Shown piece by piece: positions 10,404 to 33,298 of a stretch of 64,000 bases of DNA (position 1 is the first letter of the stretch; each line of letters begins with the position of its first letter). The notes beneath the pieces were generated by a model. The model saw nothing but the letters and a program-made list of their open reading frames with translations, was not told the origin of the DNA and did not search any database. The stretch is taken from contig CM000434.1 in the NCBI GenBank assembly GCA_000165345.1, forward strand, positions 96,001 through 160,000. The letters are read 5' to 3'. The translations under genes were made by a program, and so were the position numbers.

Positions 10404-11630
10404 ATGTACAGAGAACAGTTTCAGATTTTGGAGGATCTTTTGAAAAATTCACAAACACAGCAAATATGGTCAATTTATAGTTTATGTAATCATAATTCAA
10501 AATTTGAGAATTTTGAAATTTGTAAAGATATTCTGAAGTTATTTGTAAAGTATATTTCAGAAGAGAAAAAAGATTTTGAAGGAGTAGAATTAGTATATTT
10601 GGTAATGGGAGATATTTCATCAAATGAAGTTGCATACAAATTGGTTTATGATTCAGATTTATCTTTAAATGAATTTGAAGTTTGTAAATCGAATATATAT
10701 GGATTGGCATCAAGAAAAAATAATGAGAATTCTCAAGAAAATATTAATTTGAAATCTAACTCATTGCAATTTCATATAGAATGTGATGATATATATAAGT
10801 CCATTAAAGCAAAGAATTCATTATCTGAAGAGTTATGGAATTCAAAATTTTCAAATATAGCTAACACAAAATCAAATTTGTCAAGAGAATCAAGTAATGT
10901 TAATTCTGTAAATTTAGACCAATCTGAAATAAAATCTAAGACTGAACCATATCCTATATTATTTAGTAGTAATAAAGATATAAATCAAAATAATAAGATA
11001 AATATTAACGAAAATGAAAATGAACAAGAAGATCAATGGAAAAAGAATGGTTATCTTAAGGAAAATGAAAATAATACTGATCCTTATCCTATGAAGAATG
11101 TGTTTGATAATGAAAAAAAAGTTATTTTATCAGAATCAAATAATAAAAAAGATTCTGATACTAGTATGAATGATAATATAACTAATTTATTTAAAGATGA
11201 AGAAAATGAAAATACAAATAGTATTGATGAATTTGTTCAAAATGAAGACGGTAAGTGTAAACCAACAAAAAGAAGAAAAACAAGTAAATCTAAAATATGT
11301 AATGATAATAATGATAATGAAAACAAGATAGATTTTGATCCATTGGAAGTTGAACCAATTATGCATAGTAAAGTAAAGAAAGAGAAAATGTATAAGGATG
11401 CTAAGACAGGTTATTTGGTTGTTGAAGATGATGTAGATTTTGTGATGGAAAAGGAAAATAGAATCACAAAATCAAGAGAAAAAGTTTCTCAAGAAAGCGA
11501 AATTCCATCAAAGAGATCAAACAAAACAAAAAAATCTCAAACTTCCAATATTAATTCTGGTACGAGTAAACAACAAACATTAAATTCTTTCTTTAAAATA
11601 GTAAAATCAACAAACAAAAATACTTTATAA
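10404..11630 (+). CDS. Lys/acidic-rich nuclear protein with C-terminal PIP box; tentatively DNA polymerase delta subunit 3 (POLD3/Cdc27/Pol32)-like
   Basis: C-terminal QQTLNSFF (11571-11594) fits the PCNA-interacting Q-x-x-L-x-x-F-F consensus. Basic NLS-like PTKRRKTSKSK. N-terminal ~70 aa (QILEDLL...IWSIYSL...KLFVKYI...VELVYLVMGDI) resembles the POLD3 N-terminal domain pattern. The rest is low complexity. Confidence 0.35.
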   Translation: MYREQFQILEDLLKNSQTQQIWSIYSLCNHNSKFENFEICKDILKLFVKYISEEKKDFEGVELVYLVMGDISSNEVAYKLVYDSDLSLNEFEVCKSNIYGLASRKNNENSQENINLKSNSLQFHIECDDIYKSIKAKNSLSEELWNSKFSNIANTKSNLSRESSNVNSVNLDQSEIKSKTEPYPILFSSNKDINQNNKININENENEQEDQWKKNGYLKENENNTDPYPMKNVFDNEKKVILSESNNKKDSDTSMNDNITNLFKDEENENTNSIDEFVQNEDGKCKPTKRRKTSKSKICNDNNDNENKIDFDPLEVEPIMHSKVKKEKMYKDAKTGYLVVEDDVDFVMEKENRITKSREKVSQESEIPSKRSNKTKKSQTSNINSGTSKQQTLNSFFKIVKSTNKNTL

Positions 11631-11856
11631 AAAAAAATGTTAAATATATATATATATATATTTATATAATATTAATCAGAATATCAAAATCATTAATATA
11701 TTTAAAGTATAATGATTATGAATTCGAGAAAAAAAAACGAGAAGATTTTCAGTATATTTCATTTTATTATGTATTTCACTTGATTCCTTTTTTTTTTAAG
11801 TATAATTATTTTATCTTAATATTCCTTCAATAAGCATTTGGAGCAATTTCACAATA

Positions 11857-13170
<1,314 letters not shown>

Positions 13171-14031
13171 TTTACTTGGAATTTTTCTTTTATTATTGCT
13201 ATTTTAAAGTAATGGCGTATTTTTATGTTAAAAAAAAATAAAAAAGAAAGGTTTGGGTTAATAAATGTATTTATTAAATTATATTTGATTTCAAGTATTA
13301 ATATAAAAATTGGTTTGTTAATAATTCTTGGAAATGTATTAAGCTGAAGTGATTGACTTTATTTATATTAAACTTGTAGAAAGTCAGCTGTTCTAATTCT
13401 CACATTACTATCTCGAATAAAGAATTGAAAATTTATTGATTTTGATAATAAAAAAATAATTACAATAATAAATAATAAATTCTGTTAAAATTATTTATTA
13501 TCTTAAATCTTCTTTCTTAATTATAATCCTACAGTCCATAAAAAAAAAAAAAGGAAATAATCTTAATTTAGAGGCTAGTAATATATATGAAGTATTTGGA
13601 CATTGGCGCCAAAATTGCTTTTGATACTTTCGAGACATTTATTAAAATATTAAAGTATAAATTTAAAAAATTACGATAAATTGTTAGTAAATATAATTAT
13701 AAAGCATGATTTTAAAATTTAGATGTTTTTTTCTCAAATATAATGAAAGAAAAATCTTAAATTATAATTCATGAACAAATATGTAGTTACAAAGTCACTT
13801 ATTATACAATTTTATCTAGATTTATTAAAAAAATAAAATAAAAAAAGAATAAAATCTATCAAAAAAATGAGAATTTGTTTAATTATTTCAATTACTATAG
13901 TTATATAGAACTTTTTCACAATTTAAATTAATATGCATTAGTTTTTTATTCATAAAATATATTAATTGTATTATTATCATTTTTGATTATTAAATACGAA
14001 TTTTTGTTAATATTACGTAATTATTTAATAT

Positions 14032-14041
14032 TACCGGTATA
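14032..14041. promoter_or_regulatory. TACCGGTATA motif with downstream tgtccaca (14093-14100) and tgcatgcattacatgcaaa (14106-14124) in ZIP/PDE divergent intergenic region
   Basis: Read directly. Same three-part arrangement as at 2633-2810, 32933-33020, 44331-44433 and 54624-54680. Confidence 0.3.
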
Positions 14042-14392
14042 GGGAAAACTTGCTACCATCATATTTATACACGTAATCAAATATATATTTTCTGTCCACA
14101 TCACTGCATGCATTACATGCAAATAATTTAAAAGTGAATAGCAAAAATGAATGATTTTGTTTGATTTAAAAATAAAACAAAATAAACTAAATTAAAATTC
14201 AAGAATTAATAATTCAAGATGACAATACTAAAATAAAATTTTAATATTACTTATTGCATTCATCAAAAGATCAATGCGGCATGAAATACTAAAATAAAAG
14301 TTTAGTTAAGAAATGGGAAAAATAATTTAATTTTTGCCAGATTTATATTTTAAAGAAAAAAAAAAATCATTAAACTAAATTTAAATAAATAA

Positions 14393-14427
<35 letters not shown>

Positions 14428-14572
14428 ATGTAATAATATTAATAATTATTTAATTATTAATAAAAAGATGAAGGCGCTTCATAATTTCATATCAATATAA
14501 AGCAACTATTTAAGCGCGGAAGTTCCAAATACTAATAATGGGGAATTTACAAGAGAATTGTGAGTAGACTTG

Positions 14573-14598
14573 AAAAAAAAAAAAAAAAAAAAAAAAAA
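14573..14598. repeat. poly(A) homopolymer (about 26 nt) in intergenic region
   Basis: aaaaaaaaaaaaaaaaaaaaaaaaag read directly. Confidence 0.9.
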
Positions 14599-15022
14599 AG
14601 CATGCAAAAGTGAATAGCATTGTGGGTAGAAATCAAAGATTCAAATTTCTTTTTTTTTTCTTTAATACAATAAAGAAGAAAACAAATTATATGGATAATA
14701 GTTCTTCTCTTTTTTAAATGTGTAATATATAGTAACAATTAAAGAAAAAAGGATTGTCATGAAAACTAATTTTGATAAAATTTATTTTTAAAGGCCAGAT
14801 TTTTATGGGAAGCAATTTTATTAAACAAAAAAAAAAAAATATATATATATATATATTATGTATGTATATATATATATATATACGTAATTAATAAGTTAAA
14901 ATAATCTTATGTAATAAAATAGAAAGGAAAGAAATATTGAAATTATTTTTTTTTTTTCTCTGAAGACAAATTCAGACATTAAATTAAAAAGATATTTTAT
15001 ATAAATTAATGGTAAATATTGT

Positions 15023-20959
<5,937 letters not shown>

Positions 20960-20984
20960 TTTTTAGAGTTGAAATATTTATTAT

Positions 20985-21360
20985 TTGTTTTTTATTTTCC
21001 TCTTCCTCCTTTACCTTCCTCTTCTCTTTCCTATTTCTCTTCTTTTTTTTTCTACTTCTCTTTTTTTTTCTACTTTTCTTTTTTTCCTCTGTTTCTTATC
21101 TCTCCTCCCTTTTCCTATTTCTCCTCTTTTTTTCCTCTGTTTCCTATCTCTCCTCCCTTTTCCTACTTCTCTTTTTTTCCTCTGTTTCCTATCTCTCCTC
21201 CCTTTTTCTATTCCTCCTCTCTTTTTCCCCTCTCTTTTCCTATTTCTCTTCTTTTTTTTCTTTATTTCCTTTTTCCCCTCTCTCTTTCCTCTCTTTCTCC
21301 TCCCTTTTCCTTTTTTTCATATTTCTCCTCCATTTGCCTCTTTTTCCCCTCTCTATATCA
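20985..21360. repeat. polypyrimidine CT-rich tandem repeat (about 48-bp unit cctctgtttcctatctctcctcccttttcctatttctcctcttttttt, about 4 copies plus degenerate flanks) between convergent genes
   Basis: Direct repetition visible at 21091-21240. Strand-asymmetric C+T composition over about 375 nt. The ORFs predicted inside it (20969-21401) are low-complexity artefacts. Confidence 0.8.
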
Positions 21361-21366
21361 AGTTGC

Positions 21367-22044
21367 TCAATACAATTGACAACATTGATTATTTTTTTTA
21401 GCACTTCTATAAAATTGATAAGAAGCAGCACTCAAATCAGAACTTTTTTGCATTAAAGTATCCAAAGTTTCACCACGATGAAGTAAATCTTCAATATTTT
21501 TAAGCATAACATCTCTAACTTCATCTAAATCTTTTTGTACTTTAAAAATTTTATCATTATTAAGTGGATCTTGATATTTTTTAAAAATTTCATCACATTC
21601 AGGAATTGATTCATTTTGATCTTTAGTAATAATATTACTAGCAATACTATTGTTATTATTATTACTATTATTATTATTAGTAGTAGTAGTAAAATCTGAA
21701 GAAAATAATACATCATGATTTTTAGAAGAATCTATATATGTTTTTAAATATTCATTTAATAATGAAAAAGCACATCTTACAGGATAATCTGGACTTGTAA
21801 TACAACATATACCTAAACCATTATTTGATATATATATATGGCAATGTCCAATATCTTGTGGAAAAGTTACTGTAACTCTATTTCCTTGTTGTACTCTTGA
21901 ACATAATAATCTACTATGAAAAGCTATATGTTCTTGTATTGTTTTTCTTTGAAAGAAATTATAATCTTGTAAATTATAATTACTTGTTAATAATATTGGA
22001 TGTTCTTTATCCCACTTATAAAGTAATACACTTAGTAATTTCAT
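21367..22044 (-). CDS. ykt6: longin-domain R-SNARE YKT6 homolog
   Basis: MKLLSVLLYKWDKEHPILLTSNYNLQDYNFFQRKTIQEHIAFHSRLL aligns with human YKT6 (MKLYSLSVLYKGEAKVVLLKAAYDVSSFSFFQRSSVQEFMTFTSQLI). SNARE motif KVQKDLDEVRDVMLKNIEDLLHRGETLD. C-terminal double Cys (CCQLY) in the position of the YKT6 CCAIM lipidation box. Confidence 0.85.
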   Translation of the reverse strand: MKLLSVLLYKWDKEHPILLTSNYNLQDYNFFQRKTIQEHIAFHSRLLCSRVQQGNRVTVTFPQDIGHCHIYISNNGLGICCITSPDYPVRCAFSLLNEYLKTYIDSSKNHDVLFSSDFTTTTNNNNSNNNNNSIASNIITKDQNESIPECDEIFKKYQDPLNNDKIFKVQKDLDEVRDVMLKNIEDLLHRGETLDTLMQKSSDLSAASYQFYRSAKKNNQCCQLY

Positions 22045-22133
22045 CTTTTTCTATTATTTTTATTATTAATATTATTGTTATTATATTATTGTTGTTATTA
22101 TTAATATTAAATCTTTTTTAATTATTATTAGTA

Positions 22134-22186
<53 letters not shown>

Positions 22187-23485
22187 GAATATTATATTAG
22201 AAATATTACTTTAATAAAAATTTGTTCTTTTTGTTTTGTTTTGTTTTTTTTTTTTTAAAGCCTTGTTATCCTCCTTGACAAACGAATTACAAAAAAAAAA
22301 AAAAGTTAATTTAAAGATGTTTTTTTTTTTTGTTTAATTTTTTTTTATTTACCGGAAACCCCTATTAATATTAAATAAAAATTAATATGATGCACAAACT
22401 TGCCCGCCTAAATGTGGCGCCGAAAGGCACAATACGGTACATGCGAAATTATCAGTATATAAATAATAATATTTGTGCAATTTAAAGGTATCGTAAATTA
22501 TGAATGAGGAAATAAATAAAAATGTAATTTTTTTTTTTTAAATTATAAATATTATAATGGGTAACGTCTAATTAAATAGTCAGATCTGATTTTTAGATTA
22601 TGCAATTATAATTAATTACTTGTAAATAATATGTATAAATAAATAAATAAATAAATAAATATATATATATATATATATAAATACATAATATATTTACATA
22701 CAATATTATATATATGTAATGCAATATAAACATTTTTTTATAATATATATATTACATATACATTTATGTAAATGTGTATAATATAAATATTAATAAAAGT
22801 TGATTTCTTTTTTTCCTTTATAATTAATGTGCATAAAATAACAGAGAAAAAAAAAATAGACAAATAAATTACATGAATTCCAATAAAATATATTAAAAAG
22901 TTGGAAATTAATTGATTAATAAAATTTTGGATTAAGACGGAAAATAATAAAGGCGAAGATTATTAATTATTTATATATACAATAATAATATTAATTATTA
23001 TTGTTGATATTATTAACATTACTACGAATAATTAATTGAATTAGTCAGAAATTTAATAATCAAGAAATAACAAATCAATTCATCTTTAATTTAAAATCAA
23101 CTCATCAAAGATTATATTTGGAAAAATTTTGGATTATTTTTAATATTTTTTTTACTATTATTAGTACATTAATATTATTTTCTAATTTATTATTATTCAA
23201 AATTATTATTATTATTACTATTATTACTATTATATAATAATAATATTAATTATTATTATTATTATTATTATTATTAATATATTATCACTTGGCAAAGTTT
23301 ATTATATCAGGAAAGATAAAAACTTGACTAATTTAGATTTTAGAGTTATTGGGAATTAAACTTGAAAATGAAATTTAATCTTTAATTTATATATTAAAGC
23401 TTCATTAATATATATTATGTATATAAAAAAAAAATAATAAAGATTTTATAATCCAAGACCAATTATTAAGTTGAGTTAAGTTCAT

Positions 23486-23580
23486 TCAAATCAAATCAAG
23501 TCAAGTCAAATCCAAGTAAGTCAAATCCAAGTAAGTCAAATCCAAGCAAGTCAAATCTAAGTAAGTGAAATTAAGTCAAT
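23486..23580. repeat. 15-bp tandem repeat (caagtaagtcaaatc-like unit, about 5-6 copies) about 70 bp upstream of kinase ORF
   Basis: caagtcaaatccaagtaagtcaaatccaagtaagtcaaatccaagcaagtcaaatctaagtaagtgaaattaagtcaa read directly. Confidence 0.8.
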
Positions 23581-23647
23581 ACAAAGTTTCTTTTCATTCT
23601 TTTTTTTCTTTTATAATAATTTTGTTTTGTAAAATCAAATTATATTA

Positions 23648-26998
<3,351 letters not shown>

Positions 26999-27306
26999 TT
27001 CTTCCATATTATATTGAGAATGTAATATGATGGTATCTTAATGGTATCGTAATGGTAAATTAAGCTTGGTATTCTTTTATTTATTTATTTATTTATTTAT
27101 TTATTAATATAATATATGGGATGATGGTTTTATTAATAAATTTGAATTTCTACTATTAAAATATTCAAATCACTTTGTTATTTTTTTTGGGTACATATTA
27201 AATTTTTGATAGGAATATATATTACCTTCAACTTTATTGCCACAATTGTTAATGTAATTTGTTATTAATGGCATTGAAAATTTAGTATTAGAACTATGTT
27301 AGTAAA

Positions 27307-29595
<2,289 letters not shown>

Positions 29596-29643
29596 ATTGT
29601 TATCATTACTTTGACTAAATAATAATTTATTATCTAAATTAAA

Positions 29644-32484
29644 TTATTTANAACTTGAATCATTATTATTATTATTATTATTATTATGAGATAAACTATT
29701 ACTAATACTCAAATCTGGTTCATTTAATTGATATATCATATCAANAGCTAATGATAATTTTGCTCTTGGAGGACCAAATTTATTATTATTGTTATTATCA
29801 TTAGTATTAATATTTGGTTGCTCATATATAGGAAATAAAAAATATCTTTGAATAGGAGAATCTTCAAGTATATCCATATTAAAATCTCTATTACATAATC
29901 CCGATGATATTCCAGAATTCCCTGATAATAATCTATTATTATGAAAATCATCAATTGTTATTCTTGAAGTTTTATTTCCAGCATTATTAATATTATGAAT
30001 TCCATCAATACCACCAATACCTGAACTCTTTTTATTTTTATTTTCAGAATCTGGAAAATAACTAATATGACCAAATACTTCATTATAATAATCACCTAAC
30101 AATAAAGAAACTAATGAAGATATCATGGAAAATGGAGCTGATTTTGGTAAACATAATAAATTATTTGAAATATCCAATAAAAGATAAGGATTTCTTGTTC
30201 TATATCCACATTCGTATAAAATCTTTTCAAATTCTTTATTATCATTAACTGTATTAATTTTTTTATCCAATAAAAATTCTGTTGGATATAATATTGGAAG
30301 CTTCCATAATACAAAATTATGATCATCAAATATTTTTGTAATATTTGTTTTTACTATATCACTAAAAGTTAAATCAATCATATTAACTTTTTCATCACTT
30401 TGTATATCCATTAAAAATGCTGTAGAATTTATTCTATCAATACTTCTTCCAAACAATGTATTTAAAGTTAAATGACTTTCATAAGTTTTTGAATTACATA
30501 TTCTTGATAAATAATATTGAAATTCATTTTTATCAATTGAACTTGGCAATAAATCACTTTTTAATAAATCATCAATATTTATACTATCTTCAATATTCTT
30601 TAATTTTCTTATAATTATTATTGCAGTTTTTGGTATATATTTAAATTCAATTGGTATTTCAATATTAAATACGACTAAATCTTGAATATTTTTTGTATTA
30701 TCTATTGATAATATATTTTGATGATCAATTATTAATTGGCTTAACCAATCATTAAAAATCTCACAAAATTTATCATATTCAAATGCTTTATATTTTATTC
30801 TTAACCACATTTCCAAGAAAATCTGACAAGTATAGCTAGTATCTATAATTAATAATTCATTATTAAGTTGATTAATATCTTCAAATAATATATTTGGTAA
30901 TGAGAATTCATCTTTATTGTTATCAAAATTTGAATTTAAATATGAGCCAAAAATAAAATTGGATAATTTTACTGAATATCCATAAATATCCTCCTCTATA
31001 TAAATACAATTAGATGATAAATTTAAATGAAATACTTCATTTTTATGACAATATGATAAAATTTCAAGTATTTGTCTAAATAAAGACCATATTAAATGAT
31101 TATCCCTTTGTGTTATTTTACCTTTTTCAAATAAATCAAATAATGTCGTATTTTCTTCCATAAATTCTGATTGAATATATAATAATATAAAATCTTCTTG
31201 ATCATTTCTTTCATCTTTTGTATTATCACATTTTTCAACCCAACATTGATAATATCTTACCATATATCTATGTTGAAGCATTACCAGTGAAGATACTTTT
31301 GTTTGAATCTTATTAAATTTATTGGATGGTATCCTATATATAGAAACTTGATAGTTATTTTGGTCAATTAAATGTATTGATTTTGTAATTATTACATTTT
31401 TACCAGAATAAAGTATTTCTAATACTCTAAAATCTTGAGTAAATCTTTTTGATGATAATAATGAATAATTAATATTATGCTCCAAAATCTCTTTTTGAAT
31501 ATATGATAGATCCAAATTTATTGTCATATTAGAAATTTCATTTTCTTCAATAATATCATTTGTGTTTAAAGGATAATCAAGAATTGTATCATCCAAAAAT
31601 CCAGATACCATTTCTGATACTGTTTTATTATTAAATTTTTCAAAATTATTATAAATTTCATTACCCTGATGATTTAATTTTCCAAATTCTTCATTATCCA
31701 TAAAATTATTTCTATTATCTTCATTTATAATACTATTACCCAAATGTCTCTCAAATTCTTTTTGATTATTTTGTCGTCTCATTTGTTCCCATAGATCTTC
31801 AGAAATCTGTAGATAATCACACAAATTATCTAAAATAATTTCCAAACTGTTAATTACTTGAAAAATACATTCTTGATCTCTACTTCTATTACTTAGAATT
31901 TCTTGTATTTCTTCTATTAATTTTATATTAATACTTTCTGGTAATTCCAAAGAAAATTCAAATAGTAATCCTGGGTTGATTATTGGATACTTTTCGTTAT
32001 AATATACTGTTAAACGAGAATATATATGCGTTCTTCTCCAATAACGTCTATTTTTAAAAGGCATTGTTTCACTTAGACTTCTTGATAAAACTAAGCTATA
32101 AACTGTAAAATTATTTTTTTCATAACTTAAGTTATCTAAATATTTTGATTTTTCTGATTCTTCATTAATATCTTCATCTTTTCCAGGCATAAATAAAACC
32201 CTTATTTCCACCCCATCTTTATTATCAAATTCACATTCGATTTCCTTTGAAAAATTTATTGTCTCCCCTTGATCTTCAATTAAGCCTTTAATTGTTCCAT
32301 TTCCATCGCTATGAATTGTTAATGAGCCATAAATTGCATTTATTGCTATTATTTCATTTGAATGTATGCTTGAAAAATCTTCCACTTCAAATACTTCTGG
32401 TCTTGATGGAGATTTAGGAATCCATATAACATTCGTTTTTATATATTCCTCAATAATTTCTTCATTTTCGTCTTCTTTATCCAT
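29644..32484 (-). CDS. N-terminal portion of a GCN2-family protein: RWD domain followed by a GCN2-type kinase domain with substituted catalytic residues (pseudokinase); terminates at an in-frame TAA that separates it from ORF 27307-29595
   Basis: RWD: NEIIAINAIYGSLTIHS ... YNEKYPIINPGLLFEFSLELPESI. Kinase-like: RFTQDFRVLEILYSGKNVIITKSIHLIDQNNYQVSIYRIPSNK...MVRYYQCWVE...LLYIQSEFMEENTTLFDLFEKG...IWSLFRQILEILSYCHKNEVFHLNLSSNCIYIEEDIYGYSVKLSNFIF. This aligns with the human GCN2 catalytic domain ([40 protein letters not shown]...IVRYYNAWIE...YLYIQMEYCEKSTLRDTIDQG...[46 protein letters not shown]). However K is replaced by Y, HRDLKP by HLNLSS, and DFG by SNF. Confidence 0.6.
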   Translation of the reverse strand: MDKEDENEEIIEEYIKTNVIWIPKSPSRPEVFEVEDFSSIHSNEIIAINAIYGSLTIHSDGNGTIKGLIEDQGETINFSKEIECEFDNKDGVEIRVLFMPGKDEDINEESEKSKYLDNLSYEKNNFTVYSLVLSRSLSETMPFKNRRYWRRTHIYSRLTVYYNEKYPIINPGLLFEFSLELPESINIKLIEEIQEILSNRSRDQECIFQVINSLEIILDNLCDYLQISEDLWEQMRRQNNQKEFERHLGNSIINEDNRNNFMDNEEFGKLNHQGNEIYNNFEKFNNKTVSEMVSGFLDDTILDYPLNTNDIIEENEISNMTINLDLSYIQKEILEHNINYSLLSSKRFTQDFRVLEILYSGKNVIITKSIHLIDQNNYQVSIYRIPSNKFNKIQTKVSSLVMLQHRYMVRYYQCWVEKCDNTKDERNDQEDFILLYIQSEFMEENTTLFDLFEKGKITQRDNHLIWSLFRQILEILSYCHKNEVFHLNLSSNCIYIEEDIYGYSVKLSNFIFGSYLNSNFDNNKDEFSLPNILFEDINQLNNELLIIDTSYTCQIFLEMWLRIKYKAFEYDKFCEIFNDWLSQLIIDHQNILSIDNTKNIQDLVVFNIEIPIEFKYIPKTAIIIIRKLKNIEDSINIDDLLKSDLLPSSIDKNEFQYYLSRICNSKTYESHLTLNTLFGRSIDRINSTAFLMDIQSDEKVNMIDLTFSDIVKTNITKIFDDHNFVLWKLPILYPTEFLLDKKINTVNDNKEFEKILYECGYRTRNPYLLLDISNNLLCLPKSAPFSMISSLVSLLLGDYYNEVFGHISYFPDSENKNKKSSGIGGIDGIHNINNAGNKTSRITIDDFHNNRLLSGNSGISSGLCNRDFNMDILEDSPIQRYFLFPIYEQPNINTNDNNNNNKFGPPRAKLSLAXDMIYQLNEPDLSISNSLSHNNNNNNNNDSSXK

Positions 32485-32997
32485 AATTATATAACTTTAA
32501 CATTTTATTATTATTATTTTTTATTATAATTATTTTTATTTATTTTTCTTAATTTGATTTATTATTGTCTGCCGCTTACTTGCACTTTCATTAAGAACTT
32601 AGAAAAGTTTAAATTTTTTTGTTTAATGATTTTTTTTAATATAATTTTTAAAAAAAAAAATTTTAATAACTTAAATATTACTCAAACAAAATCATTAATT
32701 TGCATCAAATTATTCCAATTTATTTAGCATGTTTTCTTTTTGGTTTATTAATTTCACATTATTCCAGTTAATACTCATTTATCCATCTGAGTTATCTAAA
32801 AATAATTCCCTTCCCACAATATACTAATATTTAACTCTTTATCATTAACAAAATACAATATTAATGCTATTCATTAAATTTAAAGTATTTTAATCTCATT
32901 TTCATTTTTAAACTTATAATGACTATTATTTTTGTCCACATTCTTTACCGCCTTTGCATGCAACATGCATTTATTATGAAAATGCAAACATTTTTTT

Positions 32998-33007
32998 ATA
33001 CCGGTAT
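32998..33007. promoter_or_regulatory. ATACCGGTAT motif between divergent GCN2-like and trip13 genes, preceded by tgtccacat (32933-32941) and gcatgcaacatgcattt (32956-32972)
   Basis: Read directly. Confidence 0.3.
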
Positions 33008-33298
33008 TTTTATGTGGAAAGTATATTAGTCAAAAAATAACATAAAAAAATAATATTTAGGCTGGTATAATTATTTTTTTAATTAAATATTAGATAAATC
33101 AAAATATTCATAATTTTATTTATTAATAAGGAACGTTTGTAAATGAAATCTCTCAAGTCATAATTAAATGCAGGTATAAATTAAAGAATCTAATACAATA
33201 TATTATACTAATAATCGTATATTTATTAAATTATTTTGAGAAAAAAATTTGGGAATTTTTCAAAAAGTTTTCAATAAAATATAGTTAAAAAAAGAATT

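Noticed and set aside
20969-21401. Two overlapping + strand ORFs (136 and 138 aa) rich in Phe/Ser/Leu/Pro
   Set aside because: They lie entirely inside the CT-rich tandem repeat. Low-complexity translation of a polypyrimidine tract, not a gene.
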